DNA of 64,000 bases from Octopus bimaculoides. Lineage: Eukaryota. Under the pieces are notes generated by a model. The model did no database searches. It was not told the origin of the DNA and worked only from the letters and a program-made list of their open reading frames with translations. Position 1 is the first letter of the stretch. Each line of letters begins with the position of its first letter. This document shows, one piece after another, positions 39,831 to 53,372 of this stretch. A program made the position numbers and the translations under genes. The stretch covers positions 11,389,568 through 11,453,567 of the forward strand of contig NC_068993.1 in the NCBI RefSeq assembly GCF_001194135.2, in the 5' to 3' direction.

Positions 39831-41170
39831 GGATTATGTCTCATTATTTAATGGAATGGAATCGAGGAGGAAGGAGGAGAAGTATTTAATATCAAGGAGT
39901 GCTTAAGACATCCTTTATAAATTGGAAAAAGCTATGTTTAAGGTTACATAAGAGATTAGTAATTGTTATTCCATCTAATTCCATCATCTTTTTGCTATAT
40001 AAAGAAATGGAAAGACGATAATTAGACTGAATAGGAGCTTAAAAAAGAGATATGATTCAACGCTGTGAGACATCAAATCACATATAAACGGAAGATAGAA
40101 TGGCGAGAAAAAAATAATAAATGTAAATGATTACGCACGTAAATCTAAATGCGAAAATTAGCGTAACAGATATCATCGGGAAATTAAATGATTTTAAAAA
40201 GAAAAATACAAACAAGTTGAAGGGAATTTATTAGCAAATAAAGGAAAATAATAACTTCATTTACACTATGCCGATCACCAATGAAGAGATATTTGTAAGT
40301 ATCATGAATAGAATGGATTATGAACTATCTGCAAATTTAGAAAATTGCTAGAATATATGTAGTATATTATTGCAATACTCAAGTAAAAAGAAGGGACATG
40401 TTTCCACATACATATAAATTATGGGGGAAAAATGAAAAAGAAATATAATTTTCGTGTGCATATTTATAAACAAACAAAATCATAGATGAGTTAATATCTT
40501 GCGGTAGTAGTTGGGAAACACTAATAGAAGGAAAAAAATTCTAAACAAGTCTGTCTCATCTCCTGCGAAAAATTTGGTATTAAAAATTCCTTTGTACGAA
40601 ACAGCAAAAATGGGTAATGTAATATTCAGCATTGTCTTAGAAACTCATGCGGCACAGCTGAGTCAAAATTTCAAAATGTGGAATAAATTATTTCTTCGTG
40701 AGAAAAGAAAGAAAGAAGTTTTATGTTTCGGGCAAATCCCTCTGACAAAGGTGTGTTCTCGTAACAAATTTTTGTTTTTCCTCGCGGGAAAATAATTTAT
40801 TCCAAATTGTTAAACTTTTTCATGCTACATATTGAAAGAGATGGTTGCAAGTTTCTTCTCCCACCTACGTCAATTCGACACAAGTGTTTGCAGTTGCAGC
40901 ACAAGACAAAAACATTCTCTGTAGAAACTAAATTGTAATAGAAGAATATAATAAAACGCAACGGCAGATTAATTACATCTTGCAAAGAAACAATAAATTA
41001 TTCAGTCTGTGGCTACCCAGCTTTGGAATATGATTAGCCAAGCCAGAATTAGAGGAGTTTGATTTCTTGCTAACAACTCAAGCATTATGATTATGCTAAA
41101 AATAATAAAAAACTAGAAACACTTATCATAAACACATATGTCCAAATGAGAAAAGTAACAATAATCTGAC

Positions 41171-41483
41171 CATATTGGAAAGAGGGTCAAGGTGTAAAAA
41201 AGAGGTTAATACGCAACACCAGGATAAGCCAGTCCAAAAAACATTCCTTCTATTTCTTTTTCTTACGCAAACCAAACATTCATAGTCAGCTTGCAACGCT
41301 TGTCGCAGCTTCCACATATTGCTCATATTGGAAAGAGGGTCAAGGTGTAAAAAAGAGGTTAATACGCAACACCAGGATAAGTCAGTCCCCCAAAAAATTC
41401 CTTCTGTTTCTTTTTCTTACGCAGACCAAGCATTCATAGTCAGCTTGCAACGCTTGTCGCAGCTTCCACATATTGCTCATATT
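41171..41483. repeat. Tandem duplication, 153/154-bp unit
   Basis: Units start at 41171 and 41324 (CATATTGGAAAGAGGGTCAAGG...) and differ at several positions. Confidence 0.95.
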
Positions 41484-42288
41484 TGCTAGGTTGCAGGACT
41501 AGTGTAGACAGATGAAATCTTTTAGGCAAGAACACAACGCATAGAACGTTCAGGAATCGAAACCGCACATTAAACCAACTCTAATCAACTCTTAATCTTT
41601 CAGAAACGTTGTCTTCGTTCGACTTGTAGATAAACCTTCTATAAAGAACAAAACCTTCATTTTCGATCTCATTCACTAATTGATACATCGGCGCTACAGA
41701 AGCATTTCTTGTTCAATTACAACGCAGATGAGGTGGTCATCAGAGCAGAGTCAGTGAAGACAGGACAAGGTTTATCTCGCTTCATGACTTAACACAAAAC
41801 GTAGGCAATTCATGGCTATGTTCTAAGGAACAAACTGAACGCCAGCAACATAGATGTTTCGTTACCGCTACGTACCTACACATAATGTTTAGAAAGAGAG
41901 ACTTACTATCAACAAAGCATAAAAAGCTTCGTAATAATTTGTCTAAATGATTTGATATATTCAAGAACAAACACAATATCTAAATCTAACGCATCGAATT
42001 TTAGACTAGTATTCAAAGCTCTTGCTATATCCCACAAGAGACACAAACGTACAAACTAATATGATTTTTATACTGAAATATTGCTTCCATACACATCGAG
42101 GTCAAGGATAAATTTTTTAAAACACATTTTGCATAAATATGCAGAAATTGATGCATAATAGTTGTTTATAATTTGTTCTCTCTAGTCTTCTGTGCAGTAA
42201 TAAACACTGGTAAAGGTTTTCAAATATAGAAAAAAATGTTTGTGTTCGGGAATTTTAAGAACAGTGTCGTAAGAAAACAAAGGGAGGA

Positions 42289-42351
<63 letters not shown>

Positions 42352-42376
42352 AAGAGAGAAAGTGTGCGTTTGTGTA

Positions 42377-42407
<31 letters not shown>

Positions 42408-43184
42408 AAGAGAGAGAGGGGGGGCGAATAAACTGTTCAGTAAATTTGAAAGTCAAAAGATTAAAACTTTAAAATATCTAACTATAGAACAGGGGCGCCG
42501 CATTTTTGAATAATGAAAAAGCAATCAATTTGTGTGAGGAAAATATCCCATGTTCCTTCCTTATGAGATATATTCAGAGTAAATCATATAATCTGAATAG
42601 ATATATATTTCACTTTCTCTGGCTGCCAAGAAAAGAAAATAGAATTTCTCATAATAAAAAGATTATTATAAAATATATGAAATCATTACAAAATATACAA
42701 AATGCTTATAATGTATTTTGATGCCGTATATTTTCTTATGATACTATTTAACAATATTATTATTGTTCGCAGTAAGAAGAAATTATAAGAAAAAATGTTG
42801 AGAAAAATTGACTATTACTAACATTTAGAAATGTTTTCTTCAGCAAAATAATTTTTCATAGAATATAAAAAGTGTAAACTTAACAAAAATGAAAGGCAAT
42901 AAATAAGGAACCACATATCGTCTAATGACGTTAAAATTTGTCGTGGTTACATTGGGAAGTCATCCCTCAGGTCATTTTACGTAACTACTATACAAAGAAT
43001 CGTTTAAAATATATAAGTATTTTAAAATTTTGTTTACAAAACCAGAAATCATTTCGGAAGATGTATTACGAATTTGCATTTTCAAAGCATTTTTTGTCCA
43101 TTCTATATTTAGCACCCTTTGGGCAATAAAGAAATAAATATAATTATGTATTCCTATGAGATGAAATATTATTTCTTTTCTAGT

Positions 43185-43381
43185 CTAGGCACAAATCCCC
43201 AAATTTTTGAGGAGCGGCCAGACAATTAGATCGACCCCAGTACGCAACTGGTACTTAATTTATCGAACCCCAAAAGGATGAAAGGCAAAGACGACCTTGT
43301 TGGAATTTGAACGCAAAGTCCGACGAAATGCCGGTAAGCATTTCGCCCGGCATGCTAACGATTCTGCCAGCTCGCCGCCTT
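43185..43381 (-). mobile_element. SINE S1, near full length
   Basis: GATCGACCCCAGTACGCAACTGGTACTTAATTTATCG...GCTAACGATTCTGCCAGCTCGCCGCC. Confidence 0.92.
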
Positions 43382-43433
43382 AAACTTTTGATATTATGTA
43401 TTAGTCGGAGAGATGTTGTCATCTCGGTTGTTG

Positions 43434-43480
43434 CTTTCACGAAGTTTTGGCATTGTACACTCCATCCGTCTTCAGGTGTC
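43434..43480 (-). ncRNA. Diverged family-A hammerhead relic (GAAA mutated)
   Basis: Reverse complement GACACCTGAAGACGGATGGAGTGTACAATGCCAAAACTTCGTGAAAG aligns to GACACCTGATGAAGGCTGGAGGGTATATCAGCCGAAACGTTGTG; downstream CAACAA.C.AGATGA is also shared. Confidence 0.5.
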
Positions 43481-43584
43481 TTCAGATTCACCTTAATCTC
43501 TCTCCTTGGATTGGACGAAGAACTTCTAGATGACCTCACTGCGTTAACTAGGCGCCTTTAAAAATACACTATCACACAGCCTAT

Positions 43585-43660
43585 GAGCAGAGCGCTTAGT
43601 GGATAAGGACACTGGTTAGTGCAGTGCAGTGAACTAGGGTTTCTCAGTTCAATCCCAAGC
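43585..43660 (+). mobile_element. Possible decayed tRNA-like SINE head
   Basis: GCGCTTAGTGGATAAG and CAGTTCAATCCC resemble A and B boxes. Confidence 0.3.
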
Positions 43661-44519
43661 AAGGCACTAAGGTGATTCACAAGACACATGAACAACGATG
43701 GAGCGTACACAGACAGAAAATTAGTGAAAGCAACAACCAAGATTACGATTAATACACAATATAATATTTATGGCTGAGGAAAATGACTAACATTTTTGGT
43801 GTGGGTATCGAAATTTGCATGCCTCAATAGGGAGTTAAAGTAACTTACCTTCATAAGATTATCTTTTCCGTTACAAAAACGAAACAAAGCAATATTGACG
43901 AAGGAATTTGCTCTGTTTATTGTGAACGACAGAAGGAGGTCAAGTACTCTGTGTATTCAATATTATTGCTGATTAGCAACGCAATTTTATACTTTTCCAA
44001 ATTTATACCTTTAGAGAAAAATGAAATCTACGCAAACACACAGGAATATTTAGTGCGACATGCATCCGCTTTGATTCCAAGAGAGATGAACAAACTAGAA
44101 AGACGTTTCATTTTCAGATGATAAATTCATCTCACGGGTTTTATAGGCAAACATATTCACATAAGGAAAACTTGCTTCAACAGAAGCACGAATACACGCA
44201 CACACACACACAAGCATACACATACATATACACGTACGTAGATACTTATGTATGTATGTATGTATGTATGTATGCTAATATGTGTGTGTTTGTGTGTGAT
44301 TACGTGACTGTAAAGTTTATAATTGAACCTAGTTATATATATTCCCTCCTTAACTTGTAAGTATATTATCAGTATTGTAATAGAAGCATTACATATACAT
44401 ATATACATGTGTGTGTGTGTGTGCATGTGTAAGTGTGTATGTGTGTGAGTGAGTGTGTGCGTGTATCTGTGCATATATGTATATGTATATATATATATAT
44501 AATTATAAAAAATATATAT

Positions 44520-44569
<50 letters not shown>

Positions 44570-44570
44570 C

Positions 44571-44617
<47 letters not shown>

Positions 44618-45677
44618 CATATGCTTATATATACACACACAAAGACAATTACAAAGATATTTCTGCTCACATAGTCACGTAATGTGCTGCAGACGCCGTT
44701 ATATACACAATATAGATCTGTATGCAACTATACAGCCGTGCATACTCATACACTCAACAAGCCTTTTACCCAAATGCACACATTTTAAACTCAATAGGAG
44801 CTAAAACACTCTCATATTTTCATGTATTTCACACACATACTGGCAAGATATATGAGAGCATATGCAGTCTTCTGTATAAATTATTCATTGTATTCAGTTT
44901 ACAAGAAGCTATCAGTTGCGGAACTACTCACGGGATCTCATTACGTGTCCCTGGGGAAATTAAAGGATAACTTATAAATTGCAATGATTAGAAATTCTTC
45001 ACAATGTGAGCCAAGCACACGAAGTAAGGTTGGAGACATGCAAGCGAAATAGAGACAGAGTAACATACACACTAGCATATATATATATATATATATANNN
45101 NNNNNNNNNNNNNNNNNNNNNNNNNNNNNNNNNNNNNNNNNNNNNNNNNNNNNNNNNNNNNNNNNNNNNNNNNNNNNNNNNNNNNNNNNNNNNNNNNNNN
45201 NNNNNNNNNNNNNNNNNNNNNNNNNNNNNNNNNNNNNNNNNNNNNNNNNNNNNNNNNNNNNNNNNNNNNNNNNNNNNNNNNNNNNNNNNNNNNNNNNNNN
45301 NNNNNNNNNNNNNNNNNNNNNNNNNNNNNNNNNNNNNNNNNNNNNNNNNNNNNNNNNNNNNNNNNNNNNNNNNNNNNNNNNNNNNNNNNNNNNNNNNNNN
45401 NNNNNNNNNNNNNNNNNNNNNNNNNNNNNNNNNNNNNNNNNNNNNNNNNNNNNNNNNNNNNNNNNNNNNNNNNNNNNNNNNNNNNNNNNNNNNNNNNNNN
45501 NNNNNNNNNNNNNNNNNNNNNNNNNNNNNNNNNNNNNNNNNNNNNNNNNNNNNNNNNNNNNNNNNNNNNNNNNNNNNNNNNNNNNNNNNNNNNNNNNNNN
45601 NNNNNNNNNNNNNNNNNNNNNNNNNNNNNNNNNNNNNNNNNNNNNNNNNNNNNNNNNNNNNNNNNNNNNNNNNNNNN

Positions 45678-45709
<32 letters not shown>

Positions 45710-46391
45710 TATCTATGTGTATATTTATATACATGTGTATATACCTATATGCATGCACACTTTTGTGTATGCATACACATACGAGCACCCACGTACAAGG
45801 ACTCACGGAAGAACGCACATACGGACACGTCCGCATACATATGACGTATTTAACCCATAACGGAGACATGCCTCGAAATAAAATCAAGTATATACCTAAT
45901 GAAATAATCACATATATATTCATATATTCTACATTAAAAATAGAATTCTATTTTTACTGATAATAGCTGTGGCTCGAGAATTTAGAGAAATTTTGTGTTC
46001 CTTTCTTTGTTCTTGATATTTCTTCTGTTTTCGGATATCTTCATTGTCCATGACAGAGTGTATAGAAACTGTAAATTTTCTTTGGACTTTTATTGATATT
46101 CAGCGGGTGTCTCGCGCATAAATGTTATAAATGCTTCACTTTCGGAAACTCTTTACTTTCTCATGATTTAGATAATACATACATACATACATACGTACAT
46201 ACAAATCTGCACATATACATATATACATACATACATGCATACATACATACATACATACATACATACATACATGCAAAAATACTCTGTTGTTGCTGTTGAA
46301 ATTCCAATGGAGGAATCTTGAATCTAAGTTAGAAGCCGACTCTTTCTCTATTGGCAAGAAATATTGAAATAAAACTGAATATTGACATACA

Positions 46392-46422
<31 letters not shown>

Positions 46423-46529
46423 TTATATATATATGAGCAAGATTAGATATGCAACTATACGCATGAGTATATATATACATAAAACAAAACATACGAATCT
46501 CCATGTATACATACATAAATACATCCATA

Positions 46530-46805
46530 CCTGGGAAGAAGGGAGTCTGGGGATATGCCGAGCAATCAGCAAAGTTGTGATGTCAGAGGTGTGAGAGCAT
46601 AGGAGGAATCTAATTTCAATCTGGCTAGACTACAACAAAGCCTTTGACTCTGTTTCCCAATCACGGATGCTAGAAGCCCCTCAAGTTGCGAAAGTTCCAG
46701 TGAGTATAGCCAAAGCCATAGCTGACCTGACTTCATCCTGGGCCACCCTTTGAAATTAAACACAAAGCGTGACTGTATTATCACTGATAGAATAAAATAC
46801 CTTAG
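46530..46805 (+). mobile_element. RLE non-LTR retrotransposon RT fragment (domains 2-3)
   Basis: GKKGVWGYAEQ/ISKVVMSEV*EHRRNLISIWLDYNKAFDSV...SWAT/LKLNTK..ITDRIKYLR; stops just before the expected GIxQGD motif. Confidence 0.88.
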
Positions 46806-46965
46806 GAATGAGAACCCAGGTTCGAAATTTCCCTGAGACACCTGATGAAGGCTGGGATGTATATTAGCCGAAACGTTGTGTTATCAAGAAACAAGATGAG
46901 GACAAATATCCGTTAAATGTAAATAATGTAAATAATGTACATAATTCCTCATCTCTTAAATATAG
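46795..46965 (+). mobile_element. Family-A hammerhead module (Penelope pLTR-like), no tRNA head
   Basis: Aligns to 5877-6010. Confidence 0.8.
46837..46882 (+). ncRNA. Minimal type-I hammerhead, family A, intact
   Basis: GACAC CTGATGA A GGCTG GGATGTATAT TAGCC GAAA CGTT GTGTT: stem I 5 bp, stem II 5 bp, palindromic AACGTT stem III. Confidence 0.75.
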
Positions 46966-46982
46966 AACTGCAGATAGGCACA

Positions 46983-47014
<32 letters not shown>

Positions 47015-49647
47015 CATGTATATGTATATATATGTCTGTATATATGTATATATATATATGTATATACTTATGTATATATATATATATNNNNNNNNNNNNN
47101 NNNNNNNNNNNNNNNNNNNNNNNNNNNNNNNNNNNNNNNNNNNNNNNNNNNNNNNNNNNNNNNNNNNNNNNNNNNNNNNNNNNNNNNNNNNNNNNNNNNN
47201 NNNNNNNNNNNNNNNNNNNNNNNNNNNNNNNNNNNNNNNNNNNNNNNNNNNNNNNNNNNNNNNNNNNNNNNNNNNNNNNNNNNNNNNNNNNNNNNNNNNN
47301 NNNNNNNNNNNNNNNNNNNNNNNNNNNNNNNNNNNNNNNNNNNNNNNNNNNNNNNNNNNNNNNNNNNNNNNNNNNNNNNNNNNNNNNNNNNNNNNNNNNN
47401 NNNNNNNNNNNNNNNNNNNNNTATATATATATATATATATATATATTTGCGTGTGCGTGTATGTGTTTGTGTGCATGTGAATTATGCGTATACGTGATAT
47501 TGCCTCCATATGCTGATAGTTGGGAAAAGAAGTTTTAAACGAAGCAGAGAGAATAGAGATGTGTTTTAGTAAGTTTTTTTCCGTTAGAAGATGAGCGACT
47601 GCTTTTGATTGATATGGACGATATAAGAACTAGGATGTTATATACCTTTTGACAAAATGTCCATCTAAGCGTGTAGTTACATATTTACTCGCTTAAAAAA
47701 ATATGCCTAAGTATATGTGAAGCTAATATCTACTTACAAAAAAACAAACAAATCCTACACTCTTGAAGTGGCTATACCTACACAGACACACAGACACAGA
47801 CACGCACATACTTACATGGATATGTTTGTATATTACAAATTCGTGTGGTCTTGTGTCTGTGTTTAAGTGAATGCGCTGTTATAGTTTTGTATCCACGGCT
47901 GTATGAATGTATATTTGTTTGTAATATATATGTATTTTCCCCGAACTCACGTTTGATGACTGAAGCAAAATAATATGCAAAATGCTATATTATCTTTGTA
48001 ATATTGTGCTAAATGTCCAAAACCGCTTTCGGAAAAAAATAATAATAAAGAAGCGAGTAATCCAGATGAAAATACAAGAATGAAAACATTAGAAAAGATA
48101 AACGGAACTGAAGAAAAAAAAAAAAGCAAAACAAAAAATAAATTGGAACAAAATGCACGAAAATAATATTAATGTTTCGAGGGCATTTTTTTTTTTTTAA
48201 GAAAATTTCCATTTCTTACGGCTCGATTACATTTTATTTCCAATGCCAGAAACAAGGTCGGCCATACTGTTGCTGACTCTCAAGATTTACTCAAGCAATT
48301 CGTTACATCTGCCTCTCTGGATGGTGAGTGCCGAATTACGAATGAGCTGCAGTGGATTCTTCCCTTTTAATGACTATGCATGTATGATTGTATGTATTTA
48401 TGTAAGTATGTATGTACGTATGTATGTATGTATGTATGTATGTATGTATGTATGTATGTATGTATGCGTGTGTATGTATGTATGTATGTATGTATGTAGG
48501 AATGTATGTTTGTATGTATGGATTTATGTATGTATGTATGCATGTGTATGTATGTATGTATGATTGTATGTATGTATATGTGTGTGTGTATGTATGTATG
48601 TATNNNNNNNNNNNNNNNNNNNNNNNNNNNNNNNNNNNNNNNNNNNNNNNNNNNNNNNNNNNNNNNNNNNNNNNNNNNNNNNNNNNNNNNNNNNNNNATA
48701 TATATATATATGCATATATATGTATATATGTATATATATATGTGTGTACTACATATATAGGTAGATGTGTATACCTGTATACATATCGAGACCTACACAT
48801 ACACATATAGTAAACAAACACAGGCAACCGCCCCCCCCCACCACCACCACACACACATTTCTATATTCTCTTACCAGGACACGATTTCAGTTGAAGCGAA
48901 GTATCTGAGAACATATTTGCTTGGCACATATGGTCATTGAAGTTTATGCATATTTTCTACTTTTTTGTTTTATGCCATTCTTCTTTAGTGTTGCTTTTCT
49001 GGTTCTCCTCTACAATATGGATATGGTAAATCCTTTTTACAAATTATAGAACATCGCATGCGTAAATATGGTGCTAGTGTTAAAAATGAGAGCATTTCAT
49101 TTTTTACTGATTATTATTTATAATATTTACCATTCGATTTCACCTACGCTGTGGAACCGTCAGCAAGTTTTCAATTGATACTCACCAATGCCAGTTTCTA
49201 AATTGAGGATGAGCTAATTTTAACATTCTGTATGACACTAGTTTCAAAATGACAGGTTATAATTGGAAGCATCTTATATACAAAGTAAGTACGTCCTTAT
49301 AGGACTCTACCCAGGCATACTTTCATGCAGGTATGAGATTTCTATTTTTTAATTATTCCAAATCTTCCACCGAGGATGGAGTCACTTTCCAAGGCATATA
49401 TGTACGTATGTATGTATGTACGTATGTATGAATATGTATGCATGTATGTGTGTATGTAATTATTTCAAGATTTCTTATCAATAAAGAACCGGTTTCTGAC
49501 CTAGATCCAAGGCACCTTCATTGGAATTTCATCATCAACATCAGCTTATTTTTTGTATGTATGTATATGTGGAGATTTCTTTCTTTTGTTTTATGTATAT
49601 ATTCTCATATATATATTTGCATATATATAGACATGCTGATATATATT

Positions 49648-50200
49648 TAAATGATTAACCTATGGAAAGTTTTACAGATTTTTACAGTTCTAGTGACGGA
49701 TTGGATCTGTAGTTTTCGAATTAGCTTTCTCCTTTCTGGTTTAGAGAAACCTAATTTTTCAAGCGTGGTATTTACGCACTGTGTTACATATCCCAGAGCA
49801 CCAATAATTACAGGTATACACCTGAACTTGTAATTTGGATAGAGTAACTGCAGGTTTCTCAATAGTTCAGCGTCGGTATTATTCACTGATCTTTAGTTTT
49901 ATGTTAACATCTGCTGGTCAGCTGATTTCCACAACTGTTTCCACGGTTTCCTTTTTTATTGCAAATCATTATATCAGGTCTATTGAGTTTACATTTTATT
50001 GAGGTTTTAACTGTGACATTCCACCAGTTCTCCTTTTTATGATGAGTGTGTATGGCTTCCACCATAGTGTGAGTTCATATTGTTTTTGTCTCGATGGATC
50101 TTGTTATACAGTGTCCTAGCTACAACATCATGTCTTATCGTTACACAATACCGTGATGACATTTTTGGACAACAGTTTATGATTTGGAAGATAACTTCGG
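49648..50200 (-). mobile_element. RLE non-LTR retrotransposon 3' end (same family as 27.4 kb)
   Basis: CPKMSSRY..IRHDVVARTLYN...NWWNVTVKTSIKCKLNRPD..VVEIS*PAD..IPVIIGALG..VKICKTF. Confidence 0.9.
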
Positions 50201-50252
50201 TGTTAACTCACACACACACACACACACACACACACGTACACACACACATATA

Positions 50253-50335
<83 letters not shown>

Positions 50336-51189
50336 ATGTATGTATGTATGTACGTGTTTCTACGTACTCCTACTTTCCGCTCAGATATGTATCAGATTAT
50401 TTCATTTTTAGTCGTACATAATATCCTCTAATTCACTTAACTACTCTTACTTTCATTTGTTAATCAATCCATCAATCAAATTTCCTCGCCTTCTGAATAT
50501 GTAAGTAAATAATATTTAACAAAAATACAAACAAACAAACAAACTGTGCGTTATTACGAAATTTATGTCAATGTGCATTGTGAAAAAATTGGCCATGTTT
50601 GATATAATATCTATTTTAGTGCCACTGACTGAACAGTTTTAGCTCTAGATATCGATTTTATATCGTTCACTTATCAATAATACAATTTCCAGACTTATAG
50701 AGAATTGCAATAGATATATTCGATGCATGAATATAATACTGATTGAAGAATTATCATTTCGTTTCCTTACATCAAAATATATTGTTATCGCAGCACAAAA
50801 AAACAATGATTTATCTCTACATAGGTGATACTAGATTATAAGAATTATCCGCTATGCGATTTTAATCGGAATTAGTACATCAAAATTTAGTAGTGTTTCT
50901 AGACTGATACGAATTTATTCGCAAAACTTAAAGAAGTCATGTTGCGTATTACAATAAGTTACTCTTAATATCTATTTCCAGATCGACACTTTCAAATTCT
51001 ATATCCGATATATTAAAATACTACAAGGTCATACAAATACACATATATATTAACTGTATCAAGTGAAACTAGGAGAGAAAGAAATGTCTGTTTCCGATAT
51101 TTGATAGATATCGTCAGAATCTTTCTGTTCTGTTATGCGGGAAATTAAGTCTCTGATGTGGTGTAAATGAGTTAAGTCAGCTGACGAGA

Positions 51190-51425
51190 GCCATCATATT
51201 GAGTGCTTCATTTATCCTCTTGAGGTCTGGAGTCAGTGAGCCCTTTTCCTCAAAAAGTAGCCCCTTCCTGTATCGCATTGGGGCAGACTATTTTGCGAAC
51301 TTATAGAAAGCTTTAGGGTTTTTTTTAATATTTTCCATCACCTGGCTTCTCTGTTTGCCCTTTCTGTTTCATGGGGGATTTGAATTTTCTCAGGCTCTAA
51401 GAGCGCTATTTTGAGGTGGGGGGCC
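51190..51425 (-). mobile_element. CR1-like ORF2 fragment (EN-RT linker)
   Basis: ENIKKNPKAFYKFAK...GSLTPDLKRINEALN resembles IK.NPK.F..Y. Confidence 0.7.
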
Positions 51426-51429
51426 ATTT

Positions 51430-51745
51430 GCTGCGATTAGGCTCCTTATTTAAGCGATTCAAAATCTTTACCCTCCATCTCATTAGGATTCTCCTATCTT
51501 ATATCAGATACTATAGTGTAAATCGTTTGGGCCATTTAAAATGTGTCTGGGGTTCATGAGTTGAGCGGTAGATATTGCTTTGATCCCGTGGGCTTATAGT
51601 ATTTGTCTGTTTCTACATTGCCGTTGGATTTCTTAATGAAGATGTCGAGCAAAGGAAGTTGTTGATAGCTATATTCCATCGAAAACTGAACATTTATGTC
51701 AAGTCCAAACAACTATTAAGATTCACAACTACCAAGCCTGTTTTT
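51430..51745 (-). mobile_element. Penelope-like element RT C-terminal (thumb) fragment
   Basis: INVQFSMEYSYQQLPLLDIFIKKSNGNVETDKYYKPTGSKQYL.LNS..P.H, then IYTIVSD. Confidence 0.85.
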
Positions 51746-52644
51746 CATTTGAGTGATTGAGCACCAGTGAAACACACGAATCTAGTAAAATAATTTATAA
51801 ATATAAAAGAACATTATTATTAATAAATATAATAATGTTAGTGACTACATACATACATACATACATATGTGTGAATGCAAATCTATAGGAATATGTAAGT
51901 ATATATATATATANNNNNNNNNNNNNNNNNNNNNNNNNNNNNNNNNNNNNNNNNNNNNNNNNNNNNNNNNNNNNNNNNNNNNNNNNNNNNNNNNNNNNNN
52001 NNNNNNNNNNNNNNNNNNNNNNNNNNNNNNNNNNNNNNNNNNNNNNNNNNNNNNNNNNNNNNNNNNNNNNNNNNNNNNNNNNNNNNNNNNNNNNNNNNNN
52101 NNNNNNNNNNNNNNNNNNNNNNNNNNNNNNNNNNNNNNNNNNNNNNNNNNNNNNNNNNNNNNNNNNNNNNNNNNNNNNNNNNNNNNNNNNNNNNNNNNNN
52201 NNNNNNNNNNNNNNNNNNNNNNNNNNNNNNNNNNNNNNNNNNNNNNNNNNNNNNNNNNNNNNNNNNNNNNNNNNNNNNNNNNNNNNNNNNNNNNNNNNNN
52301 NNNNNNNNNNNNNNNNNNNNNNNNNNNNNNNNNNNNNNNNNNNNNNNNNNNNNNNNNNNNNNNNNNNNNNNNNNNNNNNNNNNNNNNNNNNNNNNNNNNN
52401 NNNNNNNNNNNNNNNNNNNNNNNNNNNNNNNNNNNNNNNNNNNNNNNNNNNNNNNNNNNNNNNNNNNNNNNNNNNNNNNNNNNNNNNNNNNNNNNNNNNN
52501 NNNNNNNNNNNNNNNNNNNNNNNNNNNNNNNNNNNNNNNNNNNNNNNNNNNNNNNNNNNNNNNNNNNNNATATATATATGTATACATAGATATATATACC
52601 TATATACATGCATAAGTGTGTGTTTGTGTGTGTGCGTGTGCATG

Positions 52645-52853
52645 TGTCTCTCTTCGTCTCCCACACTCGTTTGATAAACGGATTTAGTTTCTCTACGCTC
52701 TTGTATCTTAGCAATTCGGTTAACGATCAGATGGAATAAGTATCAGGCTTAAAGAAACTAATAGAATCGTTTCATTCGACTAAAAATTTCTTCCAGGTGC
52801 AGCCCCAGCATGGCCAGACCCCAATGACTGAAACAGTTAAAAGATAAAAGATA
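52645..52853 (+). mobile_element. SINE S2 3' half
   Basis: CTTAGCAATTCGG...GAATAAGTATCAGGCTT...CCCCAGCATGGCC..AATGACTGAAACAGTTAAAAGATAAAAG aligns to 62.3-62.5 kb. Confidence 0.75.
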
Positions 52854-53340
52854 GCATACACACGCACACACACACACACACACACACGCACACACACACA
52901 CAGACACACAAGCACACTACCAATTATTACATAATACACTTCTGAAGCACGATAAAAATATTTCTGTTCAGTTCTAATATGCATAAGGGAATACATGAAG
53001 TTGATTTGCTGCAGATACGACGAATGAAAAACAAGCTAATATGGAAAGGGAACAGCGTCAACCTACGAATATACAAAAACACGTAAACATTCTGTCACAT
53101 AGTATACACGTCTTTCTTTGTCAAGCATGTGTAAATGGGATGTGTGCGTTTATTTTTCTATTACGTATTTTTATTTACGCTAGTGTGAGTGGCCATTTAT
53201 ATGTGTATGTGTTTGTACTTTGACATAATGACTTGTTTCCGTTTGTTTTTTCATATGCATTAGGATAATGACATGAGAGTCGCTTCTAAATCAGATTTCG
53301 TTGATACTGAAAGAATATGATCCGTTGCGATATAGGCGAT

Positions 53341-53372
<32 letters not shown>

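Noticed and set aside
41790-41880. Minus-strand (R)YVAVTKHL after a TAG|G acceptor, resembling a GPCR DRY exon
   Set aside because: The following residues show no TM4 or conserved Trp, and the frame stops.
48251-48323. Exon-like segment with strong GTGAGT donor (NKVGHTVADSQDLLKQFVTSASLD)
   Set aside because: Short, no homology recognised and no partner exon; similar isolated cases occur at 41700-41770 and 49185-49226.
51076-51127. Minus-strand CTGA CGATAT..ATATCG GAAAC
   Set aside because: Good 6-bp hairpin before GAAAC, but the core lacks NGA and there is no NUH site.
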